From NCBI GenBank assembly GCA_001782805.1, contig MFPT01000008.1, forward strand, positions 13,162 through 77,161: a stretch of 64,000 nucleotides of DNA, given 5' to 3'. Below, piece by piece: positions 7,110 through 14,848 of the stretch (positions are counted from its first letter, which is position 1; every line of letters begins with the position of its first letter). The translations under genes were made by a program, and so were the position numbers. The notes beneath the pieces were generated by a model. That model had not been told where the DNA came from and did no database searches. It saw only the letters and a program-made list of their open reading frames with translations. Source of the stretch: Candidatus Magasanikbacteria bacterium RIFCSPHIGHO2_01_FULL_41_23. Its GTDB lineage: Bacteria; Patescibacteriota; Patescibacteriia; Magasanikbacterales; UBA922.

Positions 7110-9149
7110 ATGCAGCGTTCTATGTTTCTTATCGTGACCCTCTGGGTCTTGGCCCTCGTTGGCTGTGCTGACGAGAACATCATCAACCTCGTGGCCCCGG
7201 ACAACGACCACGACAACTACACGAGCCTGACGGAGGAACAGGCTCACGAGATGGGTTACGCGTCAGTGGACGCTGCCCTCAAGTTCGGCGACTGTGCCGA
7301 TGCCAACCCGGCCATCAACCCGGGTGCGGCGGAGGTGTGCGACGGCAAGGACAACGACTGCGACGGCAAGACCGATGGGCAGGACGACAATCTCGTCGCC
7401 TGCAACGACGGTAGTGCCTGCACCACCGACGCCTGCACGAGCGGTCAGTGCGTGAGCACGGCCGTGACTTGCAACGACAACTCGGCCTGCACCACGGACT
7501 CTTGCGACCCGGCGACGGGCTGCACGAACACCGCGGTGAACTGCAACGACGGCAACGTGTGTACGACGGACGCGTGCGATCTCGTGCTGGGATGCACGCA
7601 TTCGAACAACACGGCGCAATGCGACGACAGCAACGTGTGCACGACTGAGGTGTGCAACTCGCTGACTGGCGGTTGCACCTACGCGGCCAACAACTGCAAC
7701 GACGGCAACGTGTGTACGACGGACGCGTGCGATCTCGTGCTGGGATGCACGACGACGCCGAACAACACGGCGCAGTGCGATGACGACGATGCGTGCACGA
7801 TAGAGGACGCCTGTTTTCAGGGGTTCTGCATCGGCGGCGCCCCGGCACAGTGCGACGACGGCAACGTCTGCTTCGACGATGCATGCAACGACGGAGCTTG
7901 TGTTCAGGGTTCGTCGATCGCGTGCGATGACGGCAACGCCTGTACGACGGACTCGTGCGATCCCGCGCTGGGATGCACGACCGCGGCAGTCAACTGCAAC
8001 GACAGCAACGTGTGCACGACCGACTCCTGCGACACGGACACGGGTTGTGTCAACACGAACAACGCGTTGACCTGTACCGATTCAAACGCCTGCACCACCG
8101 ACGACTTCTGTCTCGGCGGTGCTTGCGTGTCCGGCGCAACCACCAACTGCAACGACAGTTCGGCCTGCACCACGGATTCGTGCGATCCCGCGCTGGGATG
8201 CATGAACACCGCGGTGGACTGCAACGACGGCAACGTCTGCACGACCGACGCCTGTGACGCGGCGACCGGTTGCAAGCACACCGACAACACGGCGCAGTGC
8301 GACGATGGGAACATGTGCACCGTTGACACCTGCGACGGGGTGGACGGGTGCGAAAACGCACCAATGCCCGACTGCTGTGTCGGGGACGCCATGTGCGCCG
8401 GCTCTGAGCCGGCTGGGCTTACGGCTGACTTCCGGTGGGGATGTACGGTCAACTCCGGTCCCCCGACCGGAACCTGCGTGTCCTGCTTGGACTCGGACGG
8501 GGATGGCTGGTGCGACTCGCCTACGGAGTCGGACTGCGACAACACGTTCGACGAGGACGGCGACGGACTCGTGGACTGCGCTGACGCGGACTGCGACAAC
8601 GATGCGGCCTGTGTCGTCCCCTGTGTGCCCGATTGTACGGGCATGGAGTGCGGCGACGATGGTTGTGGCGGTTCGTGCGGATCGTGCGCGGACGGCGACA
8701 AGTGCAACGCAACTTTCCAGTGTGAGGAGGAGCCTCGGCTCTCGATCACCTGGACCGCTCCCATGAGCGGTGTGCCCCAGAACGCGGGCGGGCAGTTGGT
8801 CCTCCTGGCCAAGTGCTACGACGCGGTTGGGGGAACGGTTGTGTCGTGGGGCGTCAAGGCCTACGGCCCCACCGCCTCCACCTCTCTCTCATGGACGGCT
8901 GACACCTGGTTCGAGCCAGCCGACTGCATCGCCCAAGTCGTGGAAGTGGTCGGCGGCAAGACCGTCTGGTATGCGAACGGACTCTACGGAGTCCTGTCGT
9001 ACATCTGGGATGGTCTCGCCGTCACCACTGTCAAGGGCAACGGCACGTCGGGCTGGCCCTTCTTCCCAGACACGGACAGCGACGGTGACTGCACGCTCGA
9101 TGGCGCCGACGCGTGCCCGTTCGATGGCTACGACACCTGCGTCCCGTAG
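7110..9149 (+). CDS. High-GC Cys-rich repeat lipoprotein, paralog of 5126..6817
   Basis: AAGGAG at 7098-7103; lipobox LVGC; GDCADANPAINPGAAEVCDGKDNDC; more than a dozen CNDGNxCTTDxC units; DGDGLVDC and CGDDGCGG motifs. Confidence 0.9.
   Translation: MQRSMFLIVTLWVLALVGCADENIINLVAPDNDHDNYTSLTEEQAHEMGYASVDAALKFGDCADANPAINPGAAEVCDGKDNDCDGKTDGQDDNLVACNDGSACTTDACTSGQCVSTAVTCNDNSACTTDSCDPATGCTNTAVNCNDGNVCTTDACDLVLGCTHSNNTAQCDDSNVCTTEVCNSLTGGCTYAANNCNDGNVCTTDACDLVLGCTTTPNNTAQCDDDDACTIEDACFQGFCIGGAPAQCDDGNVCFDDACNDGACVQGSSIACDDGNACTTDSCDPALGCTTAAVNCNDSNVCTTDSCDTDTGCVNTNNALTCTDSNACTTDDFCLGGACVSGATTNCNDSSACTTDSCDPALGCMNTAVDCNDGNVCTTDACDAATGCKHTDNTAQCDDGNMCTVDTCDGVDGCENAPMPDCCVGDAMCAGSEPAGLTADFRWGCTVNSGPPTGTCVSCLDSDGDGWCDSPTESDCDNTFDEDGDGLVDCADADCDNDAACVVPCVPDCTGMECGDDGCGGSCGSCADGDKCNATFQCEEEPRLSITWTAPMSGVPQNAGGQLVLLAKCYDAVGGTVVSWGVKAYGPTASTSLSWTADTWFEPADCIAQVVEVVGGKTVWYANGLYGVLSYIWDGLAVTTVKGNGTSGWPFFPDTDSDGDCTLDGADACPFDGYDTCVP
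7539..7751 (+). repeat. 60-bp exact intragenic direct repeat (7539-7598 and 7692-7751), period 153 nt
   Basis: Identical aactgcaacgacggcaac...ctgggatgcacg; a similar ~42-bp repeat with the same 153-nt period occurs at 5610/5763. Confidence 0.9.
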
Positions 9150-9304
9150 ACGCGCCCTCCCACCCGCTCTTTCCTTCTCCACCGCCCTCCTGAGGCATGC
9201 GGTGGCACACGATAGTGTGAGCCTCTCCCTTTGCGCAAGCCAAGGGACTCTCATCATTTTCTTCATCTGGAATGGAGAAACGTGACTAGAGTCATGTTTG
9301 ACGT

Positions 9305-9351
9305 CACACCGAAATTATAACTTGACATATTATAATTTCGGTGTGTATACT
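9305..9351 (+). promoter_or_regulatory. Sigma70 promoter embedded in a perfect 16-bp inverted repeat (probable operator)
   Basis: CACACCGAAATTATAA (9305-9320) / TTATAATTTCGGTGTG (9330-9345) around TTGACA (9322-9327); TATACT at 9346-9351. Confidence 0.8.
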
Positions 9352-9359
9352 TATCCTGT

Positions 9360-10595
9360 ATGGTTATAAAAATACGACAATTATCCCAAAAATTGGTACA
9401 GGCGGCACGATCCTTTCCGGCGGTTGTTATCACTGGTCCGCGCCAATCCGGCAAGACGACACTGGTGCGTAATTTGTTCAAAAAAACGCACAACTATGTT
9501 AACTTGGAAGATCCTGATACGCGCGCCCGTGCCCTCTCTGATCCACGGCTATTTTTTGCATCCTTCAATTCGCCGCGTCTTATCCTTGACGAGATACAGT
9601 ATGTACCGCAACTTTTATCGTATGTTAAATCTGCTATTGATGAACACCGTACTTCCGGGCGTTTCATCATAACTGGATCACAGCAATTTAGCCTGATGCA
9701 AGGAGTGAGTGAATCATTGGCCGGCAGAGCCGCTATCCTGACTTTATTGCCGTTTTCGTATGGTGAAAGGATTGGACAAGGAGAAAAATTATTACCTTTC
9801 ACTAATTGGACAAACCGTCTGGCTCAAAAAAAAATAAATACCAGTCCGCATCCCTCGATTGCTTCGCTGTTGGTGCGAGGATCATATCCAACACCAACTC
9901 GCTCTTCTGTGGATTATTCTTTATGGTACGGTTCGTATTTGGCTACGTACCTTGAACGGGACATTCGTAATCTGTCTCAGGTGGGTGATCTTCAGCAATT
10001 TGAACATTTTTTGCGCTTATTGGCGAGCCGTACCGGACAGATACTGGATTTGGCCGGCTTAGCACGTGATTTAGGAATTTCTCAGCCAACTGCGAAACGC
10101 TGGTTGTCTATTCTTGAAACTGGCTACCAAGTTTTACTCCTCTATCCTTATTTCAAAAATATAGGTAAGCAGGTAGTAAAGCGCCCTAAAGTTTTTATCA
10201 CTGACACTGGTCTCGCTTGTTACTTACTAGGGATAAATGATCCTAAAACTTTAACGAACCATCCACAATTTGGCTCGCTGTTTGAAACCTTTGTAGTGAC
10301 CGACATCTGGAAGAGATCTTTGCACAGCGGTATCAAGCCGCGTTTATATTATTTTAGAAGTCACGATGATTTGGAAGTTGATCTGGTGATTGAAGACGGT
10401 AAGGGGCTGCACTGTGTTGAAATTAAAAGTTCTATGACTGTAAAACCCCAACACGCCTCGAGTTTGGTTCGTTTTATCCGTACGCCAACAATTGCTCGAT
10501 ATATTCAATCGTCATCCTTAATATCTTTATCTACTACCGGCCCGATTTCTGCCGGAATTGTGAATTATCATTGGTCAGATTTCTTCTCTATCTAA
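9360..10595 (+). CDS. AAA+ ATPase, AAA_14 + DUF4143 family
   Basis: Walker A GPRQSGKT, Walker B LILDEIQ, TGSQ, DTGL, C-terminal EVDLVIE..EIK nuclease-like motif. Confidence 0.92.
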   Translation: MVIKIRQLSQKLVQAARSFPAVVITGPRQSGKTTLVRNLFKKTHNYVNLEDPDTRARALSDPRLFFASFNSPRLILDEIQYVPQLLSYVKSAIDEHRTSGRFIITGSQQFSLMQGVSESLAGRAAILTLLPFSYGERIGQGEKLLPFTNWTNRLAQKKINTSPHPSIASLLVRGSYPTPTRSSVDYSLWYGSYLATYLERDIRNLSQVGDLQQFEHFLRLLASRTGQILDLAGLARDLGISQPTAKRWLSILETGYQVLLLYPYFKNIGKQVVKRPKVFITDTGLACYLLGINDPKTLTNHPQFGSLFETFVVTDIWKRSLHSGIKPRLYYFRSHDDLEVDLVIEDGKGLHCVEIKSSMTVKPQHASSLVRFIRTPTIARYIQSSSLISLSTTGPISAGIVNYHWSDFFSI

Positions 10596-10603
10596 AAGAA
10601 GCT

Positions 10604-12124
10604 ATGTTAAATTTTATTTCTTCAACTATTCCTGATTTTTTACTGCCGGGATTTTTTTTATTTTTTATTTTTGCCTTACTGATTTTTTTCTTAATCAGAG
10701 AACGCAAAACCGAATATGTTTTGTACGCGTTAATGATTTGGTTCCCACTGGAAAATTTCGCGCTTAATTTTGTGAGTCCGTATTGGTACGATGTTTTCAA
10801 ATATGTACCGGAAGTAATTTTATATTCTATTTTAATCGGTCTTTTTTTTAAACATTGGTCTCGTAATCGGACTGTTATATTACCACAATCACTCCGTCGT
10901 CCTTTTTTATTTTTTATTATTGTGGCAATTTTGTCATTACTATTTAATTGGTATGATCCGACAATTTGGCTTTTGGGTGTACGACAATTGATTCGTTTTG
11001 TGGCGGTTTTTTTGATTGTGTTATTGGCGTCATATTCTGAATCAGTCCGACGCACATTGTTAAAGTTGATGATTGGGATGGTTATGTTTCAGGCCTTGTT
11101 TGGTTTAGTGCAATTTGCGTTTGGTGGTCGACTAGATGTTTATTTATTTCCCGTTCGGGTAGTAAGTATCGGAAATTTGGCAACGGTTGGTGGTAATGAA
11201 TTATTTTGGACACCGGGCACACGAGTGTTTGCCACTATGGGGCGGTATGATCAGTTGGGAAGTTTTTTAATGCTTGGATTAATTGTGGTTGTTTCTTGGC
11301 TTGTGGTATATAAAAAAATAATCACGACAAATCTGGAAAAAAAAGTATTTCCTCCGCTCGCAATAACCGTGTTAGGATTATTAGTGAGTGTTTTAATTTT
11401 AACAAAATCTCGCGCCAGTTGGACTGCTGTGCTTGTTTCAATCGTATTGACTAGTTATTATTTATTTAAAAACAAAAAAATTATTTATTTAATTTCCACC
11501 GGTGTCGTTGTACTTACTTTATATGTGTTTGGTTTTATTTTAACGCATGATAATATAATGGCTTTAACCGAAAAAGATAATCAAACTGTGGCCGAACGAA
11601 TTATTGAAGCGGGAAGTTGGCGCGCGTGGCAAGAAAGTTATGAAGGCTATGGCCGAATTTTTTTTATGGTGAATACGCCGCGCGTGGTGGTGGCTGATTC
11701 GCCGGTTTTTGGGGTTGGTCCGGGAAATTATGGTGGGGGAGTTGCCGCGGCACTGGGGAATACTAAAGTTTATGATCGGTTACATTTGCCGTTTGGCGTG
11801 CAAAATACCTATGGACAAATTGATAACAGTTGGTTTAGTGTTTGGGGGGAATTTGGTACAATGGGATTGGGAGTGATAATTTGGATTTTTATTATTATGG
11901 GTAGAGATGCCAAAAAAATATATGGCGAAACGTCTCATGCGGACACAAAATTTTTGTCCGCCACGTTGTTTGGCTTGATTATTGCGATTGTGGTGATTGG
12001 TTTTTTTGGGCCTTATTTTGAATTCCGAACACTGATGTTTAATTTTTGGTTGATTGTGGGATTATTTTATACTACTGGCCAGCATGAAACTAGATCGGCT
12101 AATTTTCTTTTTAGAAAAGTTTAA
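10604..12124 (+). CDS. O-antigen ligase/polymerase-like polytopic membrane protein
   Basis: About 12 TM segments, RVFATMG, LTKSRASW, PVFGVGPGNY, DNSW..GEFG. Confidence 0.8.
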   Translation: MLNFISSTIPDFLLPGFFLFFIFALLIFFLIRERKTEYVLYALMIWFPLENFALNFVSPYWYDVFKYVPEVILYSILIGLFFKHWSRNRTVILPQSLRRPFLFFIIVAILSLLFNWYDPTIWLLGVRQLIRFVAVFLIVLLASYSESVRRTLLKLMIGMVMFQALFGLVQFAFGGRLDVYLFPVRVVSIGNLATVGGNELFWTPGTRVFATMGRYDQLGSFLMLGLIVVVSWLVVYKKIITTNLEKKVFPPLAITVLGLLVSVLILTKSRASWTAVLVSIVLTSYYLFKNKKIIYLISTGVVVLTLYVFGFILTHDNIMALTEKDNQTVAERIIEAGSWRAWQESYEGYGRIFFMVNTPRVVVADSPVFGVGPGNYGGGVAAALGNTKVYDRLHLPFGVQNTYGQIDNSWFSVWGEFGTMGLGVIIWIFIIMGRDAKKIYGETSHADTKFLSATLFGLIIAIVVIGFFGPYFEFRTLMFNFWLIVGLFYTTGQHETRSANFLFRKV

Positions 12125-12131
12125 TTTTTTT

Positions 12132-13130
12132 ATGTCTTCAATTCCGCTTCCAATTGACTGTGTGATTGGCATCAATTATATTTGTAATTCGCGTTGTGTT
12201 ATGTGCGATATTTGGAAAATAAAATCATTTCCGGAATTGTTGCCCGAAGAATATCTTAAATTACCGGCCAGTTTGTTGGATGTGAATATTTCCGGAGGCG
12301 AAACATTTTTGCGCAAAGATATTCCGGAAGTGATTAGAGCAGTACGAACGGCTTGTCCCCAAGCGCGGGTGGTTATTTCCACCAATGGTTTTATGCCCGC
12401 GTTCATTGAACAACAAATGAAAAAAATTTTGGAAATTGATCCGACCATTGGCGTGGCCATATCGATTGACGGGGTTGGTGCAATGCATGAAACCGTTCGC
12501 CGAATTCCTGATGCGTATAAAAAATCAACGGAAACTCTGGAACGTTTGCAATCGTTGGGCATGAAAAATTTACGATTTGCGTTTACGATTATTCCGGAAA
12601 ACGTAACGCATTTCAGTAAAGTGTATGATGATGCCTGTGAGCGGCGGATTCAATTTACACATTCGTATGCCCAGAGTTCGGATAATTATTTTGGCGGTAT
12701 CCATATTATGAATGATCCGGATTTGCGGGTGTTGCGCCAACAATACGAACATATTATCGGGCGTGAATTGCAATCGTGGAATCTAAAGCGCTGGGCGCGG
12801 GCTTTTTATGCGTATAGTTTGTATCGGTTTATCAATGAAAAAAAACAAGTTTTAAATAATGATCCGGGGACACGGTTTTTCTTTATGGCGTCTGACGGAG
12901 TGGTATATCCATCGGTTGTTCACAATTACGCAATGGGGAATTTGAAAAATTTTAATTCGTGGGGAGAATTGTGGAATAGTGAGGAAGCTGAAACCGCGCG
13001 CGCAAAAGTACGAACTGAAGGCAAACCAGCCTGGATGATTTGTACAGCGCGGACGGCGATTAAAAAACATCCGTGGCAGGTAGCGAGCTGGGTGGTTAAA
13101 AATAAATTTTTTGGTTTGGAATTGGTTTGA
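12132..13130 (+). CDS. Radical SAM protein with degenerate SPASM-like tail
   Basis: CNSRCVMC, SGGE, STNG, ISIDG. Confidence 0.88.
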   Translation: MSSIPLPIDCVIGINYICNSRCVMCDIWKIKSFPELLPEEYLKLPASLLDVNISGGETFLRKDIPEVIRAVRTACPQARVVISTNGFMPAFIEQQMKKILEIDPTIGVAISIDGVGAMHETVRRIPDAYKKSTETLERLQSLGMKNLRFAFTIIPENVTHFSKVYDDACERRIQFTHSYAQSSDNYFGGIHIMNDPDLRVLRQQYEHIIGRELQSWNLKRWARAFYAYSLYRFINEKKQVLNNDPGTRFFFMASDGVVYPSVVHNYAMGNLKNFNSWGELWNSEEAETARAKVRTEGKPAWMICTARTAIKKHPWQVASWVVKNKFFGLELV

Positions 13131-13135
13131 TTTTT

Positions 13136-14341
13136 ATGCGAGTTTTGCTCGTCAACAAATTTTGGTATCATCGGGGTGGAGCCGAGCAAGTGGTTTTTGT
13201 GACCAAGCAATTGTTGGAAGGAGCTGGGCATACGGTGGCGATTTTTGGAATGCATGATAGTCGCAATGAAATTACTGAACCGTATTTAGCTGATTTTGTT
13301 GATACGGCCAAACCGAGTTGGCGTGATGTTTGGCGAATTTTGTATAATCGCGAAGCCAAGAATAAATTTAGTGAACTTATAAAAAAATTTAAACCTGATA
13401 TTATTCATTTTCATAATATTTATCATCAATTATCTTTTTCCTTGATTGATGCGGGGCGAGAACTGGGGATCCCGATGGTGATGACACTGCATGATTATCA
13501 TTGGTTGTCGCCAAATTATAAATTGTTTCATCATGGACAGATTGATCAAAAATTAATCGGGAAAAAGTTTTTTCGGCCATTATTTACTAATTGTTTGGAG
13601 GATTGGCAAAAAACAGTGGTTGGGATGATTGATTTTATATTTCGTTCGCAAAAAAAATATAGAAATGCGATTGATCAATTTATTTGTCCCAGTGAATTTA
13701 TTAAACAGCTTCATGTGCGCGCCGGATGGAATGAAAGTCAACTGGCAGTGGTTGGTAATCCGATTAATCAATTTAATCAATTGCCTGATACGGATAATTT
13801 TGTGGATGGTTTATATGTGGCCTATGTTGGGCGTCTGGCCAAAGAAAAGGGGATTGAAACATTTATTTTTGCGGCAAAAATCACACCGGAGATTCCGTAT
13901 AAGATTTTTGGGACTGGTCCGGATGAAAGTAGATTGCGCGCGTTGGTAGAAAATAACGGAGTAGCTAATGTTTCGTTTGCCGGTTTTAAAATCGGTGTGG
14001 AATTAAAACAGGCGATTAACAACGCTCGCATAGTGGTTGTGCCGTCGGTGTGGTATGAAAATGCGCCGTACAGTATTTTGGAACCAATGGCATTGGGTAA
14101 AATTGTTATTGGTTCTAATATTGGCGGTATTCCGGAATTGTTACCAAAAGAATTTTTGGTGGAGCCGGGCAATCCCGAAGCTTTGGCAATCGTAATAAAA
14201 ATGTGGTTTAACAAATCTCTTGAAGAGCGAAATAGGTGGGGGAATGTTTTGCGCACAGAGGCGTTGGCGCGTCACGATTCTCATCTGTATCTTAAAAAAA
14301 TTGAAGATTTATATGAAAAATTGTTAATAAATGCCGGTTGA
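13136..14341 (+). CDS. Glycosyltransferase family 4
   Basis: GGAE, TLHDY, GRLAKEKG, PSVWYENAP..LE, GGIPE. Confidence 0.92.
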   Translation: MRVLLVNKFWYHRGGAEQVVFVTKQLLEGAGHTVAIFGMHDSRNEITEPYLADFVDTAKPSWRDVWRILYNREAKNKFSELIKKFKPDIIHFHNIYHQLSFSLIDAGRELGIPMVMTLHDYHWLSPNYKLFHHGQIDQKLIGKKFFRPLFTNCLEDWQKTVVGMIDFIFRSQKKYRNAIDQFICPSEFIKQLHVRAGWNESQLAVVGNPINQFNQLPDTDNFVDGLYVAYVGRLAKEKGIETFIFAAKITPEIPYKIFGTGPDESRLRALVENNGVANVSFAGFKIGVELKQAINNARIVVVPSVWYENAPYSILEPMALGKIVIGSNIGGIPELLPKEFLVEPGNPEALAIVIKMWFNKSLEERNRWGNVLRTEALARHDSHLYLKKIEDLYEKLLINAG

Positions 14342-14365
14342 CAATGGATTATTTTTTAGTATACT
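14338..14365 (+). promoter_or_regulatory. Sigma70 promoter of the TA pair
   Basis: TTGACA-16 nt-TATACT. Confidence 0.65.
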
Positions 14366-14367
14366 AG

Positions 14368-14631
14368 GTGTATATGATGATGAAAATTGAGAGAAATAAC
14401 AATAGGTTTGATCAGATAAAATCTTGGATTCATTCTTTATTTTGCAATGAATCAGATAAATCGGTTAATTTTCAAACCAAACAATTACTCAATCAAAAAT
14501 TTAGTGATAGTTGTGACATCGTTTCATTTTCTGACTCGGCATCAGCTATAAATCATCTTGATGCTATTATTAAAAAACAACAAGGAGGGTATGGAGATAC
14601 ATTACAGGAGGAGTTTTATCAAAGAATTTGA
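14368..14631 (+). CDS. Putative antitoxin (small protein upstream of RelE-like toxin); start uncertain
   Basis: Position after promoter, overlaps toxin start; FSDSASAINHLD resembles antitoxin C-terminal segments. Confidence 0.4.
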   Translation: MYMMMKIERNNNRFDQIKSWIHSLFCNESDKSVNFQTKQLLNQKFSDSCDIVSFSDSASAINHLDAIIKKQQGGYGDTLQEEFYQRI

Positions 14632-14848
14632 AAAAGTACCACTAAAAATTCAAATAGCTTGTCGAGATCGGATTAAACTTTTTTCTTCAGATCAATTTCA
14701 TCCGCAACTTCATAATCATGCCTTATTGGGGAATTTTTTAGGATATCGTAGTATAAATGTTATGGCTGACTGGCGAGCAATCTTTGTCAAAGAAGGCGAA
14801 GACTGTACATTTTTTTATGTTAGGACACATAGTCAGTTGTACCACTGA
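14591..14848 (+). CDS. RelE/YafQ-family mRNA interferase toxin
   Basis: MEIHYRRSFIKEF..LHNHALLG..YRSINV..DWRAIF..THSQLY. Confidence 0.85.
   Translation: MEIHYRRSFIKEFEKVPLKIQIACRDRIKLFSSDQFHPQLHNHALLGNFLGYRSINVMADWRAIFVKEGEDCTFFYVRTHSQLYH

Noticed and set aside
5500-8400. Possible CRISPR array or DGR template/variable repeats
   Set aside because: Repeats are in-frame protein repeats without unique spacers; no cas or reverse transcriptase gene and no adenine-specific mismatch pattern seen
2626-9285. Many long alternative-frame and antisense ORFs (e.g. 2626..3471, 2696..3523, 4985..6895, 5559..6575, 7904..8812)
   Set aside because: Arg/Pro-rich shadow ORFs expected from GC3-biased, stop-poor DNA; the frames with SD, signal peptides and recognisable motifs are taken as real. 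The AAGGAG near 2621 is too close to the ATG at 2629.
4560-9300. tRNA-anchored integrative island or prophage
   Set aside because: No integrase or phage genes, and no direct repeat of the tRNA 3' end found by eye; GC-rich genes lie on both sides of the tRNA
2600-9300. Assembly chimera with a high-GC contaminant
   Set aside because: Disfavoured rather than excluded: GC transitions track gene and UTR boundaries four times and shared motifs recur at 23.7 kb; read mapping is needed to be sure
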